DNA of 64,000 nt from Podarcis liolepis (Eukaryota), in the NCBI GenBank assembly GCA_965112155.1, contig OZ218098.1; one strand, given 5' to 3'. How positions within the stretch are numbered: the stretch's first letter is position 1; the number at the start of each line of letters is the position of its first letter. Positions 24,608 to 37,813 of this stretch are shown in pieces. A program made the position numbers and the translations under genes. The notes beneath the pieces were generated by a model that did not search any database, was not told where the DNA came from, and was given only the letters and a program-made list of their open reading frames with translations.

Positions 24608-24930
24608 ATATAATAATAATAATAATTTATTATCTATACCCCACCCATCTGGCTCGGTTTCTCCAGCCACTCTGGGCGGCTTCCAACGAAATATTAAAAT
24701 ATAATAACCTATTAAACATTAAAAGCTTCCCTAAACAGGGTTGCCTTCAGATGTCTTCTAAAAGTCTGGTAGTTGTTTTTCTCTTTGACATCTGGTGGGA
24801 GGGCGTTCCACAGGGTGGGTGCCACTACTGAGAAGGCCCTCTGCCTGGTTCCCTGTAACTTGGCTTCTCACAGCGAGGAAACCGCCAGAAGGCCCTCGGC
24901 ACTGGACCTCAGTGTCCGGGAAGAATGATG
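24608..24930 (-). mobile_element. 5'-truncated L2 LINE 3' end
   Basis: (TAA)n tail at 24608-24626. The minus strand encodes the AFSVVAPTLWNALP...FRRHLKATLFREAF L2 C-terminus. Confidence 0.9.
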
Positions 24931-24990
24931 AAGTAGCATCTAGTTTTGCACTTTGAAAAGGGGTAGGGTGGGGGACATGGCTCCAGTAGA

Positions 24991-25428
24991 AGAGTGATAG
25001 CTCAGAGTTAAACTACTCTATTTGCATGTAAAAGATCCCAGGTTCAATCCCTAGCATCTCCAGGTAGGGATAGAAAAAACTCCTGTTTGAAACCACTGCC
25101 AGTCAGCCAGGGGTCAGCAAACTTTTTCAGCAGGGGGCCGGTCCACTGTCCCTCAGACCTTGTGTGGGGGCTGGACTATATATTGAAGAGGAAAAAGTGA
25201 AAGAATTCCTATGTCCCACAATAACCCAGAGAAGCATTTTAAATAAAAGCACACATTCTACTAATGTAAAAACATGCTGATTCCTGGCCTGTCCGCGGGC
25301 TGGATTTAGAAGACGATAGGACTGGATCCGGCCCCTGGGCTTTAGTTTGCCTACCCATGGTGTAGACAATATTGAGCCAGTTGCACCAATGGTCTGATTC
25401 AGTATAAGGCAGTTTCCCATGGTTCCCT
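24991..25428 (+). mobile_element. Squam3-like SINE split by a Charlie-like MITE
   Basis: Head TAGCTCAG...CCCAGGTTCAATCCC. The body CTGCCAGTCAG resumes as GTGTAGACAATATTGAGC after the insert. Confidence 0.8.
25108..25359. mobile_element. hAT-Charlie-like MITE (252 bp)
   Basis: TIRs CAGGGGTCAGCAAACT / AGTTTGCCTACCCATG. The right flank GTGTAGAC fits the Charlie NNNTAGAN target. The left TSD copy is mostly deleted. Confidence 0.85.
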
Positions 25429-26373
25429 AGGATTTACTACATAGTCAAATGCGAGCTCCAAATTTAATTTTTAAACCTTCAGCTCATAAATAACAGTTTA
25501 TTGTAATATCACATACATACCATAGTTGTTTGTATCAGAGAAAGCCATAAGCAAAAGGGACAAGTTAGTCCAAGGACATAATGTCTTTCAGGCTCTATAG
25601 CACTTAGCAGGTTAGTGGGCCTCCAAGGCCTAACAGATTTAACCAAGACTTTTCACACAATCAGGTAAAGAACGCTCAGCCAGTCAGTAGATGTCCCATT
25701 CAGATAACAAAGAGAATATTTTAGTGACAATGTGAGAAAATAACAGTAAAAATGGTTTAAAAACCCACTCAACCATGTTTCCTTTTTTGCGCTCAAGAAC
25801 CTTCCCTGTAAGTTTCATCATGACATTCACTGTGGTCTTCCAGCAGCAAATGTGAAGGCAGATGTACATTTTTGTCAGTGATTCTGATAAGACAAAGCTA
25901 GATATCTGTTTGACAGGATAAATAAATAAAAACCAATGCAAAGACTGTAATATGTATTAATGCACCAGTCTTTATTCTTCTTCTTCTTCACTCACACACA
26001 CAAATACACAAAAAGATGATTGTCTTTTGTTGTGCAGTTCGTGTAGAACTACCAAGCAGGTTCTCTGAACTTTTCAGTTTTAAAATATAAGTATTTCATG
26101 CATTCAAATTTATTGCATTAGGAATCTGAAAGAAACCACAAATGAGAAATGGTTATTAGTATTCTGGATAGTCTTTAATGACTGTGCTCCATTCCACACC
26201 ACTGAAAGGGGTGAAAGTTCTCCACTGTGAGCAAATCTGGTTTTATACTTTGTTAGGTCACTTCAGTTCCTTGGAGTGGCCCTTCTTACAAGTCCATTAC
26301 CTTAGGTTAAATATGTTCAGCTGAGCGAACCATAATAATGATGGTGCCACAACCCTAGAAGATTGTCTAAGAA

Positions 26374-26520
26374 CAGTGGCGTAGCGTGGGTTGTCAGCAC
26401 CCGGGGCAAGGCAAGCAATTTGCTCCCCCTAACCCGTGGGTTTGCGCCCCCTAACCCTAACCCCCAGATGTTGCGCCCGGTGCGGCCGGCCCCCCCTGCA
26501 CCCCCCACGCTACGCCACTG
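26374..26520 (+). mobile_element. hAT-type MITE with telomere-like VNTR, copy 2 (147 bp)
   Basis: Same TIRs as copy 1. Perfect TSD TCTAAGAA (26366-73, 26521-28). One 22-bp unit shorter than copy 1. Confidence 0.95.
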
Positions 26521-27185
26521 TCTAAGAAATGAATTTGGGGTGTGGTTTTGAATTTGATAAAGGAAGCCATGACTCCACTGCTCAGTTTCCTCCCTCTCTT
26601 TTTTCTCTGGTGCCAAATAATTTTTCCATTTATCTTCAGCTGCATTTTCATTTGCATTGAAAACTATGAATGGAATAGTTTCCAAACATGACAAACATTG
26701 AAGTACAGTATAGTATGATCACTGTATGAGTTTGTCGAAGTCTGTGCATAAACTGTCTAACCTTTTTACCACCCATATGCAACAAATGTGTTATTAAAAC
26801 ATCTTAAAAACAAGCTGGCAATTACTACCACGCTTCTGCATATATCTCTAGATCCCTAGCAGAATGCAGATTTCAAACTCTGAGTGATTCTCCTTGTTGA
26901 ATTACCAACTTACTGTTTCTGTTTGGATTTCAAAAAAACAACATCCACCACTATCATCCTTCTTCCTCATGTGTTATCCTAGAGATACTGCTATAACTGA
27001 ATCAAAATAAGTACATGCTAAATTACAATTTCAACATTCATCTGAGTTTATACTGTAGCTTCTATTACTACATTCAAGAACTGTGCAATATGCAAATCCA
27101 GAATAAAACTGGTTTAGGTAAATTAAACTAAATGCTAACTGGGATATACCTTGTATATGCTTGACAAAGGTGTTCAGGGGAGGTG

Positions 27186-27277
27186 GGTCAGATTGCAAGC
27201 TCCTCAGGGCAGACACCTATCTTCTTTTTCTAATGCTACTCAATAAAGTACCAAGTATGACACTATATAATAATAAA
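27186..27277 (+). mobile_element. Ancient L2/MIR-type 3' tail
   Basis: AGATTGCAAGCTCCTCAGGGCAG..ACCT.TCTT...CTATATAAATAATAA matches the conserved L2 3' terminus pattern. Confidence 0.65.
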
Positions 27278-29279
27278 GGACAATAATCAGACTGTTGGCT
27301 GCACACAAGATGCAAATGACTGAGACAAGCCACAGTTCACATGGCTTCCCCTAACTATGCCAAGTTAGGAAAAGTCTGTTCCCTTTGTCAGTGAAGTCCC
27401 CTAACCAGCCATTATTATGTGGAAAACTGGACACAGAACAGCACATACTTTCTCAGATCAAAAAGCACACATGGCTACCTAGCAGAATTGGGTTGCCTAC
27501 TCTGCATCTGCATAAATGTACTTAATATGTTGCAGACAGGGCAGTGGAGGGAACTACTGGGGCAGAAGTATGAATAACTGCTGCTAACTGTGCAACGTGG
27601 GTTCTTGTACTGGGTCCTAGCACTAGCACAACAACATTTATACACAAAGCAGCAACTATCAGTTGGTCCTTGTAAAGACTTATATTTTTGTCCTGTCCTT
27701 ACTCATAAGACTGGACCCTGCCTTATGTGTTTGACGTCCAAGAATCTGTTTTATTTGCTTTTGTATGCTTTTACATAGTGAGAAACAGTAGTAGTAGGTG
27801 TATGGTTATTATTTGTAGTGTAGGCTAGATAGCAAACCAGGCTCCATCCAAAAGCCCTGCAGAATGAATGGTCTATGTAACTCAGAAAAGAAGGGAGAGA
27901 AAACTCCATCTGTCATCATTATTATTTAGCTTGTGGGAAAGATCAGGCAGGATCTTTAGGCAGGATCCGAAAATTTATTGTACATTTTCATAGCCAAGCT
28001 TTTTTTTAGTGCATATCAGTTTACATTTACCTTACCACTGTAACCCCACTTTCCAAAGGACGGATGTTGGTGTGGGGAGCAGTCATGCTGTGGGCATATT
28101 GCCCTTGCAGCGTGGAAAGGAAAAGTAATGCCATTGCAGCTATTTTCCCAGGGCAATTTGTGAACCCCCTTCAGTTATTTTTATTTAAGGTATCAATTTG
28201 TGACACGGAGGGCACTGTCAAGCTACTAATTCTCTGTGACTGTGGTATGAAGATCAGAGAGGACTGTACCACATCAATCTGAGAAGTCTAGCTAGCCCCT
28301 CATGTCAGGATGGGGGAGATATAGCAATGGTAGACTTTGCTTTCGAATTCTGCCACACTGGCCTCCTCTTGCCTGTGTCTTAAAATGATTGCAGTTTGAT
28401 ATGCTAGGGTCCCCTATCCTTTTGTATGTACCTCTCAAACTTTAGGAGCATACATCCATTTTAAGGCACTGTTATTTCTTTACTCATTTGGCTCCCATCT
28501 TCCTTTGCTTGTGTTTTGCTCTCTGCTTTGGGCTTCATCCACAGCTGCTGACCCCAGCATATGCCTACTTAATCATGGTAATTGCCTCATCCCAGGAAAC
28601 GATGCCAGGCAAGTTTACCAAGTGATGAGCTTGATACCGATCACCTCAACTAATTGTGTGAATTGGCCTCACACATCAGCAATTTGGGCTGGAGAAAATG
28701 CTGTCAATCATTTGTACATTAAAAAGATGGTAAATTCATAAAATAAGCCCCAAAATATCAGAAAATAGCAGCATCCTCCCCTGTCAGCAGTTTAATCCTA
28801 CCTGCACCCTCCCTCCACAAGTTCCAGCTGTATTCATACTGTAGCAGACTGTCTACTTCCTGGCAGCTCCTGTGTATGTATATCTATATATATTACCTGT
28901 TTCGTTTTCTGTTTTTCCCTTCAGAACATAAATAAATCTTAACCTCCCTTGAGTGACAGCAAGAAATAACAATATTTAATTAACATCTCTTCATTTGTAG
29001 CAGATCTTAACAGACTCCACCCAGTTAATAAAGCTCTGCAAAAGTATCCCTCCAATGTTTTGAAAAAAGCTTTTAAAGAAAAGCTCAGAACACTGTGTTC
29101 TTAATTCAAAAGCACATGCCGAATTAATTATGGTCTTATGCTTTGACCAAAAGTAGGATTTGTGGGATTTTCTCTTCCTTAAGTCAAAGGATTCAAAAGT
29201 AATTTATGAATGATACTGAAATAATGTTTGAATTAGTTGCTAACATGCTGTTACCTTGGAGTGCTCAAATGTGTTTTTA

Positions 29280-29373
29280 ACAGTATAGTCCTAAGCATAC
29301 TTACTCAGAAGTAAGCCCCACTGAGTTCAACTGTACTTACCATTCTCAAGTAGATATGTTTAGGACTGTAGTC
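29280..29373. repeat. Short palindromic hairpin repeat
   Basis: TATAGTCCTAAGCATAC...ATATGTTTAGGACTGTAG arms around an ACTCAGAAGTAAGCCCCACTGAGTTCAA core. Related copies near 16535, 18115, 23716 and 61285. Confidence 0.7.
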
Positions 29374-32300
29374 TACAACAATCTGATTGATACAATAGAC
29401 ATTAAAAAAAACTGACTTCAAAACAATAGAAGCTGCATTAAGTAGAAATATTTCCTATTATCCCTACCTGTTTTTAGATTATCACTCTTGATCACACAAC
29501 CTATCCTGAAGCTCTATAACAGTGTGTATTCGAATACTGAAGAAATGCTGCTAAACAAATACCATGAGGCTGAATCCCTAATAGTCACTTATTTTGACAT
29601 TAGGGAGTTTTTCTTACTTCTTCGTGTACAAGATTTCCTGTAGACGTTAGCAACATTTTTAAGCTAGTGAAGTAGTTTATCTTGTTCAAATATGCACTTC
29701 TCCCCTGCAGTAGAGAAAGCACACATGCAGCAGCTTTTGTGCAGTTGTCCATTCAAGGTCTCTTGCATTCAAGATTACCACATATATGATAACTGAAGGC
29801 ATTTGCCATTCGGGTGTTTCACCATTATATGTGCATGATTTTCACTTTCTAGTAGGTTGATCTTAGCTCGCAAATTATATCATCACTACTGTAGATGTCC
29901 TTTCCAATTACCAATGATCCAATTTCAAAATATTTGCATTGTAATGAAAGCAAATACTACCATAATTGCATCTACAATTAACACTGAAGATATTTTAATG
30001 ATATCCCCCAGACAGAGGGGAGTTCTAAGTTGCCAGTGGATTCTCTGCCACTGAAAACCTCTGCTAATACAATTGAATACCTTGCTAATACCACTGGGGA
30101 AAGACTGTTTACTGTTTTAGCACAAAAATACACCTCAGAAAATAAAAGAAAACAGAGTAAATAATGCTGAACTTAAATGTACAACGTTTGCAAACATGCA
30201 GCTGACATTATATTCTGCGAAGAGATGCTTGTTGCATGACCATGCTCTACATATGAATTTACATTCTGATGACTGAATTGATAGTACAGTAAAAAGTCAC
30301 CTTTTTTGAGTACACAAACCTGAAATTCTGAAATATTTTTGGAGACTATAAAAACATTAACTTTAAGAAAAATAGCCACCCCAATTCCCCCCCCCCTTTT
30401 GGTACCTGCTTTAGCATGTGAGGTCTGGTGGATTGTCAAACATCTTGCACTTCTTTTATCCACTTATTACTGAATACATTAGAGTCTTTATCATGAAAAG
30501 GTTGTTGACCCCCCCCCCCCGCCCCAGAAATATATTTTTTGTGGAGTAGATTGTCAGTTTAACAGGAAACCTGGTTTAGTTTCCCTAATTGAAGAGTAAA
30601 AGTGATGAGAGCTTGGGTAGGGAATTCCCATCATTGTCACTGACCATTGTCATGCTGAGAGGAGCTGGAGCTTAACAACAGCTGCAAGGCCACAGAGGTT
30701 CCCCATTCTTGGCTTTGTTGAACCACAATGCAGTTTGTAGTATGGGGCTGCTTCTAGAACAATCATTATCTCTTGAGGTTTGGGTAACCTGAGTGGTGTC
30801 TTCTAGTAAACTACTTAAATTTCTTGCAAGCCACTTAGAAGTTTTGTTATAATTAAGAGGTATATAAATTTTGTTGATTCATCAACTAAGGCTTGGGATC
30901 ATTTTTGTTAAAGAATTTACTTAATGCAGATTAAAAGGAATCCTCCATGTCTTAGCTATAGCATCATATCCCCTAGGTCGACCTAGGTACTCCATCCATA
31001 CTTTTTTAATGAAACCAACACACTGCATTCCTATGCTAATTGCTAAACTTGAGAGAAAGAAAGAGAAAAAATGCTAAACAATGGTAGTAACTTTATGTAA
31101 TTTCCTATTAGCCTCTCACATTTAATTACCAGAATCTAAAATGTATTAGAAATACTATAGACTAGCTATAGGTAGAAGACTGAACATGCACAGAGATTGT
31201 GTTTCTATGTGTGTGTTATATAAGGCATTTCAGGGGGCAGGAAATTCTTAGTAGACCTTGGGTTGTCTTTTATTCTTGAGTGCACAAAACAGAAGAATTG
31301 TTATTTATCTTAGAATATTTGAGAAGGTGACCCTATCTCCCACTCAATAATCTCACTCCTATGCTTGAATAGATCAAGAAAGGAAAAAAGTTTATTGATT
31401 ATTCAGCCACTGATGTCTCTTGGCCAAACCCAGAAAAATGTTTGCCACAGAATAATCTACAATGAACTCAAGAGAAGTAACAAAGAAGCCGTCATTAATC
31501 TACTGAAGGAGGACATTACTTTGTTTCAAGAACAGCAAAAACTTCAGTTTCCTGCACTGGCTCCTTCTGGAAAACAAGTCTTTTGACACAGATGCAATCT
31601 TACTGTTTGTTGCATTTTGCTTTTCTAAGACAATTTACTGCCATGTGACGGCTTCTGCACTTTTAATTGTGGTGAAATCCCACCAACACAGGTGGAATAA
31701 TGCTGGCATATACCGTACTTGCAGATAAAATGCATTGATAAAACACATCTAATACATACAATATAGTCTATGAGGAGCCCCACCACTAGCACATCATAAA
31801 ATCAGCTTTATTAAAAAGTGGACAGGTGAGCTTTGTTATCAAGTAGAATAATCTAGTCCCTTTGTCTTTACAGGATGGTACTTTACCTCTTCTGACAGAA
31901 GACTTGTATATCTCTAAAATACCCACAAGAGAAAAGCTAGAGGTATGAAGTGATGGTATAAAATGTAGCAGAGCAACAAAGCTATCATTTCTATAGTTAA
32001 ATTATGAATAATGATTTGTGTGCTGCTGTTATTATTTACTAGAAGAGCAATGAGACTACTGCACAATACTAAACAAAATGCTTTCCCATCTTTTATACGG
32101 CAGCGTGCTTTAAAAAACACAACCTCTAACCAATATGCAATTTCACAGGGTGGGCAACAGTTCTGCCACATATTTTTGCTGTTCACTTGTCTTGAAACTA
32201 ACCCTAACACATAAGCTAAAAGCCGACTGGCACTGCTTCAGCAAACGACAACTTTTAATAAACCTTGATAAGCTTGTAGAAAATAAACTGACTTCATCTA

Positions 32301-32974
32301 CAGTCCTTTATGAGATGCACAGTACATCCTGAACTGCAGAAGTTAAATTAGTATTTGCTGTGTATGTTATGTTTGAAATCCATCTAGTTCTTGGCACACA
32401 CCCTATGGCAAAGGTCAGAGTAAAGACAGAAGAACGCTATGGCACCCCCTAACACAGATGATCTGAGACTGACTAGTCAAGGCACTATATATGTTGACTA
32501 AAGTACAACCTGAAGGCTATCCAAGTGGTTTCTTTTTACTGTGAGGATGCACCACTGTCAATCATTATAAGCTGCATAAATGCCTAAGGAAGACAAGATG
32601 ATGTCCTTCCATGTCAAAAAAGAACATTAGTTTTATGAATGAATCCTACCGTAAATATCCATGTTTCACAGGCCAGAAAAATCATGGTGTCTACCATCAG
32701 AGCAAATAAGCTATTACTCCACTGGCTGTCTTGAACAGTTATTTTTTATTTTCTGGGGAAGAAATCATTGTGACATCTCTTCCTTAGTAGATTCGTTGAA
32801 GCAACAGCAAGGGGTGTAAACTTCAGTGATAACAAAGGTGTTAAAGGCAGAGTCAAGGTGAGAAAGTGACTCTAGCTTTGAAAACTGTGGCTTCATTTGT
32901 GCTAGCAGAATGGGTTGTGGTAAAACACTGCAGGGACCACCTGGAATAGTTTTAATACAGTCTAGACTCTAGAG

Positions 32975-33083
32975 CATCCTTTCTCAACCTTGGGTCTCCG
33001 TATGCTGTTGAACTACAACTCCCACCACCCCTAGTTAGCAGGACCAGTGGTCAAGAGCGAAGGGAGTTGTAGTTCCAAGTCTG
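32975..33083. mobile_element. hAT/Charlie-like MITE, internally deleted
   Basis: AACTACAACTCCC / GGGAGTTGTAGTT inverted core. TSD CTCTAGAG / GTCTAGAG. Confidence 0.75.
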
Positions 33084-34656
33084 GTCTAGAGTGACAATAT
33101 GATGATTCTAACTTTGATATTTTATTTGCTTTTGGTTGTTTATTTTGTTGTTTATCTCCAACTTTGACCAAGTGTACTATATCCATATTCATTATGTCGG
33201 CCTTCTAACTCATTGCATTATTTTATCTTTTTATAGTGTAACCTGCCAGGCAGGATAGAAATGTAACATACAAGCATCCCCAAACATCTTCAGCTACTGG
33301 CCCAACATCTTCTCACTCAGAGAACAGCTAAGACTGTGAAAGGTCAGGGCTAGAACTGAGTAGTCCTTTACATAACTTTACCTGAAGGTGAAAACAATAT
33401 TTGTGAATCATTCATCATGGACAAACAAGTGAAACAACAGAGTGAAGAAAACTTAATGTGAACTCAAGGCTTCTGCAGTAACAGCTGCAGTCATTTACAC
33501 AGTTGCAAAGATGAAAAATATACAGCTGTGATATTGAGAAAGGCTGTCTCCATGTAAAATACTGTTATGAGTTTAAGGTGTTAAACTGGGTGCTAGATCC
33601 CTCTAATCCCTGGATCCAGCAAGTAGAAAAAGCTAATCAAGCCAGTCTAGCTTTCTGAACCCCATGATCAAGCAAACGTTAACAAATAAACCAGGCTAGC
33701 TACCTGATGAAGTAATCACCTACTTGAAGAGCATTAAAGGAAACAAAGGAAATGGAGGCTCTGTGCAAGATGTCAAATATGTGCCCTTCTTCAACTCTGA
33801 AATAGTTGGAAGGACAAAGCACAAGTTTAGAGATGAGTTGAAGTGATGTGGGCCAGAAGCAAAGCTGGAAGCTAGAAAGCCAGAGATGCAAAGCAATGGT
33901 TGATTTCTGTTTGAATCCAAGGCTGCAGTTTTGGGAGGAACATTGCCAAAAGGAAATATGAACCCCGGGGAAGCGCATGGAACCCCTGGAATCTTGGACT
34001 GCTCAGAGATTGGGGTGGCGCACAACAATACTAAAGTTTCTGCATATGCTCTTGTTTTGTATCTGAACACACAATCACAAACAAAAATATAAACACCCCA
34101 AGTAGCACATTCATAATCAAAACTTGATACAAATGTAATTTTTTAAAAGGCTAGTTTGGAGCCAGATTTTATAAATTACTAGGGAGTATTTGACCTGAAT
34201 ACCAGGTATCCCAAGTTCATTCAAAGCAATAGCAGCCAAATTCTTCCTCCCTGGTTAAATGTCATCAAAACCTGCTAAGTACAAAATGCTATTTAGTTCG
34301 CATTCATGGCCTTGCAGTGCCCACTGCATTCTAATGTGCCAATATTGTCCATCCCATTTCAAAAAACATACCACTGTACATCGCTTTTTATCTATATGTT
34401 GCAACATAAGCACAAAAGCATTACAGGAGGAGAGAAACATTGTGCTAACAGGGCTATAGTATTGATGAATAAAAAATGTAACCCCCAGGCTAAGCTGCCA
34501 AATAAGTAGTGAATTAATTTCTGTAAAGTACTCTAACATTACAAAGGTGTGTTGAAAGGTGTCTGCTCATGTTTCAAATTAAACGCACTGCTGGTCAGCT
34601 TTAGCACCTCAGCTTTGAACAGCAGCCATTTGCCTATAACACTTCAGGGGTTGGGA

Positions 34657-34996
34657 NNNNNNNNNNNNNNNNNNNNNNNNNNNNNNNNNNNNNNNNNNNN
34701 NNNNNNNNNNNNNNNNNNNNNNNNNNNNNNNNNNNNNNNNNNNNNNNNNNNNNNNNNNNNNNNNNNNNNNNNNNNNNNNNNNNNNNNNNNNNNNNNNNNN
34801 NNNNNNNNNNNNNNNNNNNNNNNNNNNNNNNNNNNNNNNNNNNNNNNNNNNNNNNNNNNNNNNNNNNNNNNNNNNNNNNNNNNNNNNNNNNNNNNNNNNN
34901 NNNNNNNNNNNNNNNNNNNNNNNNNNNNNNNNNNNNNNNNNNNNNNNNNNNNNNNNNNNNNNNNNNNNNNNNNNNNNNNNNNNNNNNNNNNNNNNN
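34657..34996. other. Assembly gap (340 N)
   Basis: Run of N. The left flank CAGGGGTTGGGA resembles a hAT MITE terminus. Confidence 1.
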
Positions 34997-37129
34997 GAAA
35001 AACAGAAGCAGTCAGTTGGTGTTTGAACTGGAAGGTTTTCTCAAAAGCAGGCACTCAGTGGGTTCCCCTTGCATAAGGCTGTGGTCACGCTCCAGCTTCT
35101 GCAGAGACACACACTCCCCCCTCCCCCCCCTAATAATCTAAATCTATGATTTGCTGCACTCGCAGGTAAGCACTGAGAATGAGTTATGGCACCAGAGTAT
35201 CCTAAAACCTGATGTCCCACAGACACTGACACTTTCACAATCTGATACCCCCCCCCTTTAACAAATATTTGGCAGGGGGGAAAGCTTTTCATTTAGATGG
35301 TTTAAACTTTCTGCTTCTAATCAGGCTTATACATTTTAAGAGTGGAAAGGACAAAGGCTCCCTCACCTGAAGTTCAGTTGAGAGAATAGGACTCTGAAAC
35401 TCTAGGGATAGAATCTAAGAATCAAGGTGCCCGTTTAAAGCGCATGCTCCCCCCATTCCTGAGAATTGCACTTTACCCCTCACAGAACTACAATTCCCAG
35501 CACCCTTGACAAACTACAGTTCCCAGGATTTTGGGGGGGGGGGAGGCATGAAAGAAAGATGCTGAGATGAATGACCAGAATGGGGAGGAAAAGCTGGGAA
35601 TTCATCTTTTGGCAGACTAACTTACCTTCTTACTTCTTGGTCCTCACCATGGAGGCCTAATGAGCCCCTAGACTGTGGATGACAGCTTGATACCCCAAAC
35701 CCTAGTGTTGCCCACCCCTTCATAGTTCTGCATGCACATCCATGTACTACTAACAGCTCATGGTCTCTTGAAATCTACATATGTGTATGCCAACTTTTTT
35801 TCTTGCCTCGGTAAAAAACGGTGGCACTCACAAAGGGATTTATAACAATGGTCAGATTATACAATGCTAAAGTCAACTCAAGTGCATTTTAATAGTGTTA
35901 ATAAAATTTTAATAAAGCATTATAAAATATTTACAGTGCTCTAACACTCTTTGATACCTGCTTCTCTTTTATCCTGTGTATGCTTCAAGCTTTTGTTGCC
36001 CACGTTATAGATGAAAATATTAAAATTGGATGCAATGACACGGAACAATATTACTTGTTCTAGCTATACTGTATAATATCGCAGGATGTACATCTTTAAA
36101 ATCCTGAGCTCAGGGAGGCATAAAGACTATGAAATATTGTGCTTGACCACTCTGAATTTCAATAGGTCGGCTCCTATAATTACTGATAATCCGTACAATG
36201 AAATTGCAAGTTAAGAGCAGCAGTATATGAAATATTCTTCAATTATGGCAATTGCAGTAACATTGACCTTCATTTTCTTTAGCAATGAACAATACTTACT
36301 GCAAAGCAAACAGATATTATAAATGAGGATGAGGTGAGGAACTAAAAGAGTTATTTGAAATGGTAAAAATAGTTGTCTTCAAAAGATGCATGAGATTCGG
36401 CGTGACATTCACCTTTGCTCATGGACACTTTTAAACTTTGCTTAAATGATATATGTTGCACTGTTACACACTGCTCACACGGCTGCAGCATGAAAATCTG
36501 AAGCTCTCTTTCAACCATCACAGCAGCAGGGTACTCAGAATTTCCCATATAATTATTAGCAGCACCAAAATCATGGTTGTTAGCTTGCCTGGCATGAAAA
36601 GGAGAACGAGTTTGTCCCTTCTATGAAGTAGCTGCCATGGATGTGAGCACTCCCTTGGGTGCAACAAACTTTAAATAATTTGTGAATCAATTAACTGGCA
36701 ATTCTGCGCACAGCTCAAATTTCACACTCCCAGGTCACTGCATCATCAGCCTGATATGAATCATAACATTTTGGGGAAAAGTTCATAATTGAAATCATTA
36801 ATTAATTTAACAGGACTTTTAGTTATGCATTGCATTACACAGCTATAAAGGGGCAAGGATTAATTAGTTGTTTCTCCGACAGTTTTCTCCACTTGGAGGA
36901 AAACTTTTCCAACAATATCTTGACATACTCAAATAAGCATCAGCCTCTTACAGCCAAGTTTCAGAAGTGGGTTTCTTTGTCAGCTAGTTTTTGCTGTGCT
37001 TTGTATTTTAACTGCTGCACACTGTGATAGGAAGAACAAACTGGAGCAAAATGTGGCTCAGGGATTAATTAAATTGGATACTGGTCACCAGCAAAGCACT
37101 TGCCCTTGTGAGCATTTTAGGTATGTAAC

Positions 37130-37420
37130 AATGTAAGAAAAGCCCTCCTGGATCAGGCAAGGGCCCAGTTGGTCAAGCATCCTGTTCCACAAGATACCTA
37201 TGGGATGCCTACAAGCACGACCTGAGCACCACAGTGCTCCTCCCTGATGCAGTACTGCCCAGTACCGCCTCCAACAGTACTAGCTATTGTGGCCAGTAGC
37301 CAGTGATAGTCTAATCCTTCATTAAGTTACCTAAACCTCTTTTAAAACCATCCAAGTTGGCGACTATCACTACACATTATGGGAGAGAATGATATAGCAT
37401 AATTAAGCACTATATAGTTG
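37130..37420 (-). mobile_element. CR1 LINE 3' end relic
   Basis: TAAGAAAAGCCCTCCTGGATCAGG...AGCATCCTGTTC...GTAGCCAGTGATAG...CCTCTTTTAAAACCATCCAAGTTGG, the reverse complement of a CR1 ORF2 end plus 3' UTR. Confidence 0.75.
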
Positions 37421-37545
37421 CTATCTTGCTCTACCTTGCTCTCACCATGTGCCCCCAAGCCATCCATTGCAGCACATCCTCCTGATTGTTGATGTGTTAA
37501 CACTGCTGGCACACATGGCAAGAACATTAGAGATGTAACCACATA

Positions 37546-37813
37546 CCGTATTGGCCCAAATATAAGCCACACCTGAATATAAGCTGCACCTTTAAAATTC
37601 AAGGGGGGGGGAGAAAAAAAGACAATACCCGAATATAGGCCGCTCCCTTAAAATTCCATAGGCAGTAACACCCGTTCCATTTTACCGTATGTCTGTTTTA
37701 GCAGGGATATCGTAAAAGCCCATTTTTGTAAGGTCGCATATTTAAGCCACACTTTAACTTTTCACGGTTGGAATTTGGAAAAAAAAGTGAGGCTTATATT
37801 CAGGCCAATATGG
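37546..37813. mobile_element. 268-bp Tc2/pogo-type MITE
   Basis: TIRs CCGTATTGGCCCAAATATAAGCC / GGCTTATATTCAGGCCAATATGG. TA TSD at 37544-45 and 37814-15. Subterminal repeats of AATATAAGCC. Confidence 0.9.

Noticed and set aside
33700-34070. Two overlapping minus-strand ORFs (92 and 116 aa) after a good-looking acceptor
   Set aside because: No homology that I recognise and no single frame open between credible splice sites.
34549-35076. Long ORFs of 136-175 aa
   Set aside because: Artefacts of reading through the N gap. The same applies to 48047-48460.
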